Positions 36,096 through 45,685 of a stretch of 64,000 bases of DNA are shown in pieces; position 1 is the first letter of the stretch; each line of letters starts with the position of its first letter. Source of the DNA: Bacteroidia bacterium (GTDB lineage: Bacteria; Bacteroidota; Bacteroidia; SpSt-205); the NCBI GenBank assembly GCA_026003215.1, contig BPGV01000001.1, positions 1,178,466 to 1,242,465 of the forward strand, written 5' to 3'. A model generated the notes under the pieces. It did no database searches. It saw nothing but the letters and a program-made list of their open reading frames with translations, and was not told the origin of the DNA. A program made the position numbers and the translations under genes.

Positions 36096-38501
36096 ATGCT
36101 TTTCTCACCCCCCAAAAAAGTCCTACTGCTGGGGAGCCTGCTTCTTTTAGGCTGTGCCCCCACCCGATTTTTAGCCCCCACAGACCAGCTGGTAGCGCGG
36201 GAACCTCGCCTCAGAGGCCATGTCTTAGAAGAGACCCCGCCCCTTTACGTGCACAGCAACAACCGCATTTTGGGGCTGCGCCTCGGCTTGCAGTTTTACT
36301 GGGCCGGCCAAACGCTCATGCAGAGCCAACGCTTCCCCTGGAAGGCCTTGCGCCGCATCCCCAAGCTACGCTACTATACCTACGCCTTGGGCAAAGCCCT
36401 CCAAGAAAAACTGGGAGAACCCCCAGCCCTCCTCAATCCTCGGGCTTTAGAGGCAGATGTCAAACTCCTGGAAGAAGCCTATCTCCAAGAAGGGTACTTC
36501 CAAGTAGCTATCCAACCCCAAATCAAACCGCTTCGTCGCCAGAAAGTAGAAGTGATATATCGCATTCGCCCAGGTCCGCGCTGGTCCATCGCTGAGCTGT
36601 CTCTGGCAGGAGAGGATTCCGTCATGCTGAGCTTAGCCTCAGACTTTTTAGCTCAGCAGCCCCTGCCCATAGGAGAGCCTTACCGCCTCTCTCGCTTAGA
36701 CGCTCTACGCGAAGAACTGCACCGACAACTTTTGTCCCAAGGGTACTATGGCCTCCCGCTAAGCCAGCTCCTCTGGGAAATAGATACCACTACCCAACCC
36801 ACCGCTCCTGCTATGCCTCAACGCCGATTGGCTCGCTGGATAAGTGCCCTACGCAAAGAAGGCCCCTACTGCGCAGTACGCTTACTCCTCCCCTCGGGAT
36901 ATACTCGCTACGGCTACGGAGAGCCTTTTCTCGTCATACACACCCCCGAACGGCCCCCCGATTCCACCCTCACAGGTACATACTATGGGATCTCCGTACA
37001 AATGGAACCGCGAGCCCTGGCCGCCGTAGATCCCCGCATATTCCTCTCACGTCTATACTATCCCAACCAACCCTTCTATGACCAGCGGGCTATACAAGCG
37101 TCACAACGCGCCCTCCAAAATCTGGAGATAGTCCAGTGGGCAGGTCCTTCCCTCCAAGCCGATAGCTTGCAGCGCATTCACCCCCGGTATGAGATCGTGC
37201 TTCGGCCGCCTATTGACATGACTTTCGGGATTGAAGGGTTCCAATCCACGCAGCCGATAGTGGGAAGCTTGCCTTTGCCGGGGGCCAGCGTGAATATGCG
37301 ATTGTTGCATTTGTCGCTTTTCCGTCGGGCATGGAGCCTGCGAGTGCGTACCCAGGCCGCCCTGAGCTACTTCCGACGACGCGCGGAGGAAGCCCCTCTA
37401 CCCCTCTATAACTTCGCCGGAGAAATAGGCCTCACCTTGCCCGAAGGCACCCTGCGCCTCGCCCAAGCCCGTCCCCAACCCCTCACTTCTACGCTCTCTC
37501 AACGCACCCACACCCTCCTCACCGCCTACCAAGACATCCGACAAATAGACTTCTCCCGTCGCTACGCCACCTTCTCTTGGAGTCGGCAGACCCGCTTCCT
37601 CTTTTCGGATAAGCGCCAAGAAGAGCAGCTCTGGACACCCTTTAGCCTGACCTTTGTAGATAGCCGCTTCTCCGAAGCCTTCCAAGCCCAAATAGAGGCC
37701 CTCTCCCCTCAGGTACGAAGCCTTATCCTCCGAGACTACCTACCCCGCCTCACTCAGCTCACCGCCTGGCAAGTCTCCTCTACCCGCCATTACTTCCAGC
37801 CCCAAGGCTACAAAAAAGGCGACTACTCCTCCCTCCTCCTGGAAGTAGGCGGCTGGCTCCCCTTCTTCTTAGAACACGCCCTAACCCTCACCCGCCCCCA
37901 GTGGGATAGCACCTACCGAGACAATCTACTCCTTAACCGTTTCCGATACGGGGTCTTTGTACGGGTCTTGATAGAAGGGCGATGGCGGCGTCAGCTGCTC
38001 TTCCCCAGCCAGCAACTTTTCCTACGAGGACGACTGGGTATAGCCCAAGGGTTTTATTATACCTTAGATGTCCCTTTTGAAAACCGCTTTTTTGTAGGGG
38101 GGCCTAATAGCATGCGGGCTTGGCAGTTTGGGGCCTTAGGCCCCGGCAAATACACCTTTCCCCAGAATCTCTTTCTCATCCCCGGCGGTACCCTCCTCTT
38201 GGAAGCCAACGCCGAACTGCGCCAAAGCCTCTTTTACGGCCTACAACTGGCCCCCTTCGTGGATGTAGGAAATGTGTGGTTCCACGGAAACTCCTTCTTT
38301 GAAGACCCACGCGGCTACTTCGGACGCTCGTGGCCGGCCATAGGTACGGGGCTCGGCCTGCGGTGGGATTTCTCGGTCATAGTCATCCGGTTTGACCTCG
38401 CCCAGCAGGTGTACGACCCCGCCGCAGGCTGGGTCTTTCGCGCCTTTCCTATCGGCGGTACCCATGCGCAGTATATTTTCGCCGTCGGCTACCCCTTCTA
38501 A
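36096..38501 (+). CDS. BamA/TamA (Omp85) family outer-membrane lipoprotein
   Basis: Lipobox LLGC; LGEPP, GYF POTRA; GGPNSMRAW; FVDVGNVW; GLGLRWDF; terminal VGYPF. Confidence 0.88.
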   Translation: MLFSPPKKVLLLGSLLLLGCAPTRFLAPTDQLVAREPRLRGHVLEETPPLYVHSNNRILGLRLGLQFYWAGQTLMQSQRFPWKALRRIPKLRYYTYALGKALQEKLGEPPALLNPRALEADVKLLEEAYLQEGYFQVAIQPQIKPLRRQKVEVIYRIRPGPRWSIAELSLAGEDSVMLSLASDFLAQQPLPIGEPYRLSRLDALREELHRQLLSQGYYGLPLSQLLWEIDTTTQPTAPAMPQRRLARWISALRKEGPYCAVRLLLPSGYTRYGYGEPFLVIHTPERPPDSTLTGTYYGISVQMEPRALAAVDPRIFLSRLYYPNQPFYDQRAIQASQRALQNLEIVQWAGPSLQADSLQRIHPRYEIVLRPPIDMTFGIEGFQSTQPIVGSLPLPGASVNMRLLHLSLFRRAWSLRVRTQAALSYFRRRAEEAPLPLYNFAGEIGLTLPEGTLRLAQARPQPLTSTLSQRTHTLLTAYQDIRQIDFSRRYATFSWSRQTRFLFSDKRQEEQLWTPFSLTFVDSRFSEAFQAQIEALSPQVRSLILRDYLPRLTQLTAWQVSSTRHYFQPQGYKKGDYSSLLLEVGGWLPFFLEHALTLTRPQWDSTYRDNLLLNRFRYGVFVRVLIEGRWRRQLLFPSQQLFLRGRLGIAQGFYYTLDVPFENRFFVGGPNSMRAWQFGALGPGKYTFPQNLFLIPGGTLLLEANAELRQSLFYGLQLAPFVDVGNVWFHGNSFFEDPRGYFGRSWPAIGTGLGLRWDFSVIVIRFDLAQQVYDPAAGWVFRAFPIGGTHAQYIFAVGYPF

Positions 38502-38510
38502 AAAAGACAA

Positions 38511-38535
38511 GGGGCAGAGGCTCAACCCCTGCCCC
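38511..38535. terminator. hairpin between convergent genes
   Basis: GGGGCAG...CTGCCCC stem with an A-rich run on the + side. Confidence 0.5.
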
Positions 38536-38558
38536 CTCTAACCTACCTATCTTTTCCC

Positions 38559-39419
38559 TCAGAACTCCAGCGCAAAGGTATCCCGCCCTATCGTATCGCC
38601 ATTCACCCCGATGAAGGTGGTGTAAATATGCCAGTCCCCCGTCATACTGAAGCCCGCTTTGCCCGCATAGTGTCCAGGCTTACCAGAAACCGGCATAGCA
38701 TCCTGGGACCCTTGCGCCCCGTGGCCCATGCTGGGCATCCAAGTCTGAATAGCTATCTTAGAAAACTCCGTCGCCGCCGGGTATCCCTCGGGCTGGGTCG
38801 CGGGCTGAGCCACATCCCGCTTATACACATAGAGCATCACATCCTGCGAACCCACCGCCGCATTGGCCAACCTTAGCTCATACAGGTAGGGGGGATTGTT
38901 CGGGTTTCCAAACTGGCGTCCCCGCCGTACCCATCCCCGCGGGTGGGGATTGACCTGAAGGGAAAAAGTCACGGTATCGCTACCCATCGCCACATGGAGC
39001 TTCCAGGGTTCGTCTGTGTCGCTGGGCATCATGAAGAAAGCCGCCCCATAGTAATACCCATCCTGACTTACGCCGGTGGGCTGCTCCACAGGACAGGAAT
39101 GAGCCATATTCCTCATATACATCATCGGGAGAAACCGCACATCCCTGCCGGTGTAGGCTGCCCCATTGGCTTGCGTAATGCGCACCCGAAAGCGATTGTA
39201 CCCCTCCGTAAAAGCGGTCTGCCCCGCCGGCAGCGCCCCATACAAATACACGTGGTAGCGATCATGGGCATCGTGCTCGTGTCCGATATCTACCCAGCTC
39301 TCCGTGGGAGAGCCGCCGCCAGAGGGATTGGACGAGGTGTCCTCTTTCTTCTTACAGGCTCCAAGACCGAGTACTATCCCGGCCAGAAGGATAAACCCAA
39401 GGCGTTTTACGCGTTTCAT
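38559..39419 (-). CDS. FixH/YtkA-like lipoprotein
   Basis: Lipobox LGAC; PMMYM..MAHSCP; WMPSMGHG; GHY.GK.GFSMTGDW. Confidence 0.7.
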   Translation of the reverse strand: MKRVKRLGFILLAGIVLGLGACKKKEDTSSNPSGGGSPTESWVDIGHEHDAHDRYHVYLYGALPAGQTAFTEGYNRFRVRITQANGAAYTGRDVRFLPMMYMRNMAHSCPVEQPTGVSQDGYYYGAAFFMMPSDTDEPWKLHVAMGSDTVTFSLQVNPHPRGWVRRGRQFGNPNNPPYLYELRLANAAVGSQDVMLYVYKRDVAQPATQPEGYPAATEFSKIAIQTWMPSMGHGAQGSQDAMPVSGKPGHYAGKAGFSMTGDWHIYTTFIGVNGDTIGRDTFALEF

Positions 39420-39479
39420 ACCGCTACAAAGATGCAAATTTTAAAGCAAATGAAGGGCTCTCGCGCCTACCTTTGGGGG

Positions 39480-40730
39480 GTGCGCGTGCTGTATCTTACC
39501 TACGATGGGCTATTAGACCCTTTGGGCCAATCCCAAATACTCCCCTATCTGCGCGCCCTGCAGCAGGCCCTTCCTGTACATTTGTCTATTCTGAGCTTTG
39601 AGAAGCCGGAGCGCTGGCAAACCCATGGCCTATCTTTCCAGGAGACTTTGCAAGCAGAGGGGTTTCGCTGGTATCCGCAGCCTTTTACCGCCTCCCCGCC
39701 GATTTTGAGCAAGGCATACGACAGCTGGCGTTTTTACCACGCGGCCCAGCGCATTATTACCCAAGAACAGCCTCTTTTGCTGCATGCCCGCAGTTATGTG
39801 GCCGGATGGGTAGCGCACCGCCTAAGCAAGCGTTATCGTCTCCCGTGGATTTTTGACATGCGGGGCTTCTGGGCCGATGAACGCCGCGAAACCGGCGCCT
39901 GGCCAGAGAGCCACCCCTTCTTCCGAGCGTTATACCACCTGTGGAAAAAACGCGAAAAGGTCATGCTTCATACGGCCAGTGCTATTATTGTTCTTACCGA
40001 GGCCGCTAAATCTGTATTAGAAGCATGGGGCATTCCCGCCGAAAAGATAACGGTTATCCCCTGTGTGGCGGATTTTGCCCATTTCCGCCCGCTGCCCGAA
40101 AAGCCTCTCCCCCTTCTTGAGGCCCTGGAACTTCCCACCGATGCGTATATCTTGGGGTATGTGGGTTCCATCGGACCCTTATATGAGCTTACAGAAATGC
40201 TGCGATTTTTCCGGGTACTGCTTACCTACAAGCCGGAGAGTTATTTCCTTTTCTTCACGCCGGCCTCACCTGAGCCTATTTTGGCTGCTGCGACTGCTGA
40301 AGGCCTCCCCGCCGAACGATTTCGGGTGCGTTTCATTCCTCGGTCAGAGCTACCGACTTGGCTGGCCCTTTTGGATGCTTCTATTATTTTTTGTCGTCCA
40401 GGGTTTAGCCGTATAGGCAGCTCTCCCACGCGTGTGGCTGAGCTCTTAGCGATGAATATCCCCGTAGTGGTGCAGGCAGACTTAGGCGACAACCGCGCGT
40501 TGGCTGAAACAGGTACGGGGCTCATTCTGTGCGAGCGCTTCTCGACAGAGGCCTATGAGGAAGCCTGTCGTACGCTCCTCTCTCTCACGAGAGAAGGACC
40601 CGCTGACTTCCGCAGTCGCAGCGCGGCCCTTCTCTCTTTGCCGGTAGGTGTGCAGCGGTACGTAGAGGTTTATACCCGGCTTATTCCTGCGATGCAGAGG
40701 AGGCCCGTCTCACACTCACAAAGTGGATAA
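39480..40730 (+). CDS. GT4 family glycosyltransferase
   Basis: VLYLTYDGLLDPLGQSQILPY, HARSY, FDMRGFWADER, SSPTRVAELLA. GTG start lies 4 nt after TACCTTTG. Confidence 0.9.
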   Translation: MRVLYLTYDGLLDPLGQSQILPYLRALQQALPVHLSILSFEKPERWQTHGLSFQETLQAEGFRWYPQPFTASPPILSKAYDSWRFYHAAQRIITQEQPLLLHARSYVAGWVAHRLSKRYRLPWIFDMRGFWADERRETGAWPESHPFFRALYHLWKKREKVMLHTASAIIVLTEAAKSVLEAWGIPAEKITVIPCVADFAHFRPLPEKPLPLLEALELPTDAYILGYVGSIGPLYELTEMLRFFRVLLTYKPESYFLFFTPASPEPILAAATAEGLPAERFRVRFIPRSELPTWLALLDASIIFCRPGFSRIGSSPTRVAELLAMNIPVVVQADLGDNRALAETGTGLILCERFSTEAYEEACRTLLSLTREGPADFRSRSAALLSLPVGVQRYVEVYTRLIPAMQRRPVSHSQSG

Positions 40731-41232
40731 TCACCGCCAAGAGAAGGGCTACCCCCACCGCCGCCCCCACTAACCCCCAAAAAGTCGCCCGCAAAAACGC
40801 AAAGTCCTCTCTTTTCATAGGGCGCTGCTCGCCGGGATAAATGGGTTGAGTTCTCGAGGCAGGTGCGGTTGCGGTAGGTTGGGCTTGTGCCGGCGGTGTC
40901 ACGCTATTCAGATACGCCCATAAAGCTTTGAGCTCCGCTTCCCCCAAATCGGGGAAAGGCGGCATCACTTGCTGATTGTATTCCTTGAAAATAGCCACAG
41001 CGTCGGCATCCCCTGCCTGTATCAGCGCTTGGGAGTTTGCCACAAACCGCAGAAACCACTCCTGCGAACGGCGCTCTCCTATACGGGCCAGCGGAGGACC
41101 AATGAGCTTAGTCTCCACTTTATGACAAGCGGCACAGCGCTGTTGAAAAAGGGTCTTACCTTTCTCTTCGGGCGATTGCGCCCACAGAAGCCCTATCAGG
41201 GCTATGTAGAGTGCTTTACCTATCGTGCGCAT
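40681..41232 (-). CDS. membrane-anchored cytochrome c
   Basis: Signal peptide; CAACH heme motif; IGPPL; MPPF axial Met; C-terminal TM helix. Confidence 0.92.
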   Translation of the reverse strand: MRTIGKALYIALIGLLWAQSPEEKGKTLFQQRCAACHKVETKLIGPPLARIGERRSQEWFLRFVANSQALIQAGDADAVAIFKEYNQQVMPPFPDLGEAELKALWAYLNSVTPPAQAQPTATAPASRTQPIYPGEQRPMKREDFAFLRATFWGLVGAAVGVALLLAVIIHFVSVRRASSASQE

Positions 41233-41819
41233 AGCTGTAAAAGTTTAGAAGCATGCGTAAGAAGTCTGTCATCCTCAGAAGAATACACGCCTCGGATACG
41301 CCCTGCACAGTCTATCAAGAGAATAGCGTCAGAATGTAAAATCTCCTCTCCTTCCAGCGGAGCAGCGGTGAGGTCAAATACCTTGGTAGCCAGCTGGATA
41401 ACCCACTTTTGCGAAGCCGGCCGCAGAAATAGCCACCTCTGCCCTGGTACCCGATAGCTCTCGGCGTACGTGGCCAAATAGAGCGGTGTATCCCGTTCAG
41501 GGTCCAAGGAAATAGAGACCGCCACCAGCTTATCCGAAGGCGGCAAGTGGGAAAGCACCGCATGCAAGCGGCTTTGCAGCCGAGGGCATACCGACGGGCA
41601 GCGCGTATAAATAAAGTCCAGCAGCACCACACGCCCTTTGAAGGAGAGGGGAGCCACAGGCTGCCCGCTTGTATCGGTAAGGGGATATTGGGCCATCGTT
41701 TCCCACACACAATCGGAACGGATAGGTTCGGGTACATGGGTAGCGTCGTACCACCACCATCCCGCCGCAAAGAGGAAGGCTATGCCTATGCCTCCCCACA
41801 GAAGGAGCGTACGGGTCAT
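41220..41819 (-). CDS. SCO family copper chaperone
   Basis: FIYTRCPSVCP (CxxxC), DPERDTP, ILHS. Confidence 0.93.
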   Translation of the reverse strand: MTRTLLLWGGIGIAFLFAAGWWWYDATHVPEPIRSDCVWETMAQYPLTDTSGQPVAPLSFKGRVVLLDFIYTRCPSVCPRLQSRLHAVLSHLPPSDKLVAVSISLDPERDTPLYLATYAESYRVPGQRWLFLRPASQKWVIQLATKVFDLTAAPLEGEEILHSDAILLIDCAGRIRGVYSSEDDRLLTHASKLLQLCAR

Positions 41820-43534
41820 TTTCGCACTTGGAGGGCAGGCGTAGGGTTATCGGGTTCGTAGGGGAGAGCTTTCTCGGGCGTGCGGAACGCCTGCCGCAAG
41901 GGCTCCCAGTACGAGACCGCAATAAGCAAGAGCGCTATAACCACCCAGGGCCGCAGCCGAGCCACGATTGAGGCCATACTTACCTCGGGATGAAGCCCCT
42001 CAGCGGTGGGGAAAGAGATCTCCCCTGCAGGCCGAGTAGCAGGCCCCGCTATCGTAGCTATCCACACCCCCAGATACACCAAAAAGGCCAGGGTCATCAC
42101 CGCAGCTCCAATCCCTGTAAGCATAGCCGAGGGCACCCAGTCCGCCCGGAAGTGCGGCGAACTCGGATCTAAGTAGCTGAGGCCCATGTTGGTGCGGCGG
42201 GGCTGGCCCAGAAGCCCCCCATACATCATCGCCGGCGAGAAGATAAAAATACCCAACATCCACAAGTACGGCACCGCTATATTCCATCCCCTCCCGCGGA
42301 TAGGTTTGCCCGTAAGCTGCGAAAAAAGCTCCAGAGACATACCCAGAATAATCAAAAACACCGGCCCGCCTACCGTCATGTGAAAGTGCCCCGAAATAAA
42401 GCCGGTATTGTGGATGGTTTGATTGAGGTTATAGGAAGCATTTACAATACCTGTTATGCCACCGAAGATAAAGATGATAAGGCCCGCTATGCTATAAGCA
42501 AAGATAGGCCGTTCCGCATCTAACCACGGGAGTTTAGCCATCCAGCCAAAGAGGCCTTTCGCCCCGCGACGCACACCCGCATATTCTAAGGACGCCGCCA
42601 CCGTAAAGGCCGTAATAAAACTGGGTATAGCCACACCAAAGGTCAGCAACGCATGTACGCCCTTCCAGAAGCGGTCAAAGCCCGGCTCCGTGTATTGGTG
42701 ATGCAGTCCCACGGGAATACTCAGGACTAAAAAGAGTAGGAAAGCCAGCCGTGCCGCATAGGGTGAATAGAGCTTTCCCCCAGCTACCCTGGGCAGCATG
42801 ACATAATACACAATATAGGCCGGTAAAAGCCAAAAATAAACCAAAGGATGACCAAAAAACCAGAAAAGCGTACGAGCCAGTGGGATATTAATCGCCTCTA
42901 CCCACCCCAGCGACCACGGGATAAGCATAAAAAGCACTTCTATCGCTAAGGGGATAGTGCAGAGGAACCATATCAGGAAGGTCACCAAAATCCCTACAAT
43001 CGCTAAGGGCAAGGGGTGGCTGGGGTTTTCGCGCATCCACTGGCGCACAAGGGGTATCCACCCAAAGAACGCCACCCACGAACCCACCACCAGGAGCGCC
43101 GCTCCGATATAAAAAGCGGGGTGGGCCTTGAGCGGCGGATAAAAGGTATAGAGCACATCAGCTTTCCCCAAAAGCATAGGCACCGCTGCTATCAAGGTCC
43201 CCCCCACCATCATGCTCGTAGAAGTAAGATGTACGGCCGGGATAAGGGCCTTTCGGAGGTAATAGGAGATGAGCGCATTCCCAAACACTACCCCAAAGAA
43301 AGTGGTCAGCACCACCGCATTAATCACCCCATGCAGGGTAAGGCCCTGGTAGTAGTTTAGCCCGGCAAAGCTTCCGCTGTGGATAATGCCTGCCCGATAG
43401 AGAGCCTGGAGAAACCCATGATAAATGCCTAAAACCAATAGCACAATAGGCAAAACCACTTCTATCACCATGAGCGTCCGCGAGAGCGGCGCCACTGTAT
43501 AAGAAGCTTGTTCAGATTTTGTAGGTGCAAGCAT
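41816..43534 (-). CDS. cbaA: ba3-type (B-family) cytochrome c oxidase subunit I
   Basis: YYQGLTLHGVINA, RTLFWFFGHPLVYFWLLPAY, GLHHQY, GHFHMTVG, PRRT. Confidence 0.95.
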   Translation of the reverse strand: MLAPTKSEQASYTVAPLSRTLMVIEVVLPIVLLVLGIYHGFLQALYRAGIIHSGSFAGLNYYQGLTLHGVINAVVLTTFFGVVFGNALISYYLRKALIPAVHLTSTSMMVGGTLIAAVPMLLGKADVLYTFYPPLKAHPAFYIGAALLVVGSWVAFFGWIPLVRQWMRENPSHPLPLAIVGILVTFLIWFLCTIPLAIEVLFMLIPWSLGWVEAINIPLARTLFWFFGHPLVYFWLLPAYIVYYVMLPRVAGGKLYSPYAARLAFLLFLVLSIPVGLHHQYTEPGFDRFWKGVHALLTFGVAIPSFITAFTVAASLEYAGVRRGAKGLFGWMAKLPWLDAERPIFAYSIAGLIIFIFGGITGIVNASYNLNQTIHNTGFISGHFHMTVGGPVFLIILGMSLELFSQLTGKPIRGRGWNIAVPYLWMLGIFIFSPAMMYGGLLGQPRRTNMGLSYLDPSSPHFRADWVPSAMLTGIGAAVMTLAFLVYLGVWIATIAGPATRPAGEISFPTAEGLHPEVSMASIVARLRPWVVIALLLIAVSYWEPLRQAFRTPEKALPYEPDNPTPALQVRK

Positions 43535-43542
43535 AGGCTTAT

Positions 43543-43983
43543 TTATTGGGCGATGAGATAGGCTACCATGTTTTGATGGGCAGAACCGCAATACTCATGG
43601 CAGATAATTGGATAGACCCCCGGCTTGTCCAAGGTGACGGTATAGGCATTGACCGCGCCGGGGATAGCCATGAGGTTAGCGTTACTCCAGCTGAGGTAGA
43701 AGCCGTGGGTAACATCCTTTGCGCTGAGGAAGATATCTATGGGCTTACCCACAGGCACCTCTACCACTTCTGGGTCAAAGCGCCACATCTGAGCTACATA
43801 GAAAAGCTGGCGTCGGCCATCAGGGAGGGTATCCACGCGCCCTTCTTTGAAGGGCTTCACCTCAGGGGGCAGGCACGGGGGCACCTCAATCTTTTGCAGA
43901 CGAGCAGCCGCCAGCAGCGCCAAGAAAAACACTCCCAACAGCCCCGAGGCAAAAACTAAAACGATTTTTTCCAGTCGGTCCAT
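43543..43983 (-). CDS. cbaB: ba3-type cytochrome c oxidase subunit II (CuA)
   Basis: Single N-terminal TM; DVTHGF; CHEYCGSAHQNM CuA motif. Confidence 0.95.
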   Translation of the reverse strand: MDRLEKIVLVFASGLLGVFFLALLAAARLQKIEVPPCLPPEVKPFKEGRVDTLPDGRRQLFYVAQMWRFDPEVVEVPVGKPIDIFLSAKDVTHGFYLSWSNANLMAIPGAVNAYTVTLDKPGVYPIICHEYCGSAHQNMVAYLIAQ

Positions 43984-43987
43984 AGGC

Positions 43988-44122
43988 TTATCCGCGTTTG
44001 AGCATGAGGAAATAGCTCCCCAACCAGATAAGTATCGTCAGGAGCACCAGCAGGCCAAAAAAGGCCAAGCTCCCATACGGCACAAAGGCCGCCTCGTCGC
44101 GCTTAGGCAGGGTCGGTTCCAT
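43988..44122 (-). CDS. cbaD: ba3-type cytochrome c oxidase subunit IIa (44 aa; below the ORF-track cutoff)
   Basis: Translated by hand: MEPTLPKRDEAAFVPYGSLAFFGLLVLLTILIWLGSYFLMLKRG*. Matches the P.G.L.....L...IL..W...Y.....RG pattern and is the first gene of the operon. Confidence 0.88.
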   Translation of the reverse strand: MEPTLPKRDEAAFVPYGSLAFFGLLVLLTILIWLGSYFLMLKRG

Positions 44123-44190
44123 AGGCACCTCCTTTTGGGCAAAGGTACGACTTTTCTTCATTTCAAATGGAACTGAACATACGAAGTAAC

Positions 44191-44219
44191 AAAAAAGGGC
44201 AGCTCAAGGAGCTGCCCTT
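44191..44219 (-). terminator. Rho-independent terminator of the beta-barrel gene
   Basis: AAGGGCAGCTC-loop-GAGCTGCCCTT with a T-run on the - strand. Confidence 0.85.
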
Positions 44220-44243
44220 CTGAACGCCTTGTATAGTAGACGC

Positions 44244-44936
44244 TTAGAACTGGTACCCGAGGCGCAAGGCCCCTAAGGCATTTACGATCACGCCTGAGCC
44301 TTTACCACCTGCGGTAACGGTCTTGGTAGTAGTGCCCCCCACAGAGGTTTCCGTTACTACATCGCTTTGATTGGTAATGCCGAAGTTGAGACCCCACTCT
44401 ACCCCGAGGTACAGCTTCTCCGCAAAATACCAGTCAAAGCCGGAGTATAGCCCGAGCCCGAAGCTGCTACCTTTCCGCCCAAAAGAGGACTGCCCATCCA
44501 CCGTTTGCGAAAAGTTAGCGGTATAGGCCCCGCCGGCATAGTTAGTACGCGTGGTTTTAGCCGAAGAAAAACCGATATCAAGATAAGCGCCTGCAAAGGT
44601 AGAGAGCTTCTCACCGCCGGCAAAGTGGTACTCAATCCCCGGCAAAAGCTGGAGACCAAAATACGACTCTTTTTCTTCGCCTACCCCGCCCGTACCATCG
44701 GGATTCTCGTACGCTTTATTGGTACGGCTGGGAGCTGTAAGGCCTAATCCGACACGGATAGCCAGATTGTCTCCCAAAAAGTACCGCACCCGGGCCCCTT
44801 GCACAAGTCCGATGCTGATGTTGTTGATGGCCCCATTTAAGGCGACTTCCCCTGTAATAGTACCTCCAGTGGGTTTTTGCGCATACAGCCCTGCTGTAGC
44901 CAGGGCTAAGCTAAGTACTACGGCTATTGTACGCAT
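44244..44936 (-). CDS. outer-membrane beta-barrel protein
   Basis: Signal peptide; RYFLGDNLAIRVG, PGIEYHF, GFDWYFAEKLYLGVEWG; terminal LRLGYQF. Confidence 0.85.
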   Translation of the reverse strand: MRTIAVVLSLALATAGLYAQKPTGGTITGEVALNGAINNISIGLVQGARVRYFLGDNLAIRVGLGLTAPSRTNKAYENPDGTGGVGEEKESYFGLQLLPGIEYHFAGGEKLSTFAGAYLDIGFSSAKTTRTNYAGGAYTANFSQTVDGQSSFGRKGSSFGLGLYSGFDWYFAEKLYLGVEWGLNFGITNQSDVVTETSVGGTTTKTVTAGGKGSGVIVNALGALRLGYQF

Positions 44937-44986
44937 AGCGCCGCAAAGGTAAAGCAAAAATCTTTCACAAAATCCACCTTCTCTCC

Positions 44987-45652
44987 TCAGCGTTTGGCCA
45001 CCACGATATAATGGTAGGGTAAGAGGTGCTCCTCCACACGCACCTGAGAGAAGCCGGCTTTTTTGAGTTCGTTTTCTACCTGAGTAGGGAAGAGGCGATG
45101 ATGGAGCGGGGGGCCTACGGGCGTCTCACGCGGCGCCCACTCCACTATAAGGATACGTCCGCCTTCCGGCAAAGAAGCCCTGAGCTTACGGAGGTACTCT
45201 ACCCTTTCGGGCAGATGATGGTACACATCCGCTAAAAAGGCCCATTCGGCTTCGCCGGGCTTGAGGTCGGGGGCCCGAGGCGATACTTTCCGGATTAGCC
45301 ACTGCTGGGACGAGAGGCCCAAACTATCCCGCCGCCGCTCCATATAGCGGAGGAGGCTGTCTTCTATATCCACCGCTATCACGGTGGCGCCTCGCCGCAC
45401 CATTCGCCAGCTGAAATACCCGGTGCCAGCCCCCAGATCGTACACCCGCCGGCCCTGTAGAGTACCTACCGCTTTTTCTATCCAATCCAGTAGCACCTCT
45501 GGCTGCTGGTACGCATCGCGCGCAGGGTTTTCTAAGATAGTTTGCCAGTCGGCCTTTCGGGTATGTCCGCCCGCATGCAGCACTCCTCGCGTGCCTTGTC
45601 CCGAGGCCATCCCCACCACCCACACCACCACAGACCCTATCCAAAAGCGCAT
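44987..45652 (-). CDS. class I SAM-dependent methyltransferase with signal peptide
   Basis: RDAYQQPE; VYDLGAGTGYF; AVDI; DVYHH; GPPLHHR; LPYHY. Confidence 0.85.
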   Translation of the reverse strand: MRFWIGSVVVWVVGMASGQGTRGVLHAGGHTRKADWQTILENPARDAYQQPEVLLDWIEKAVGTLQGRRVYDLGAGTGYFSWRMVRRGATVIAVDIEDSLLRYMERRRDSLGLSSQQWLIRKVSPRAPDLKPGEAEWAFLADVYHHLPERVEYLRKLRASLPEGGRILIVEWAPRETPVGPPLHHRLFPTQVENELKKAGFSQVRVEEHLLPYHYIVVAKR

Positions 45653-45685
45653 ACGGCAAAAATACAAGAAAGCCCTTAGGAAAGT

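Noticed and set aside
38943-39479. 179-aa N-terminal extension of the 595-aa glycosyltransferase ORF
   Set aside because: It is an antisense shadow of the 38559-39419 lipoprotein. GT homology and the -7 box point to GTG 39480.
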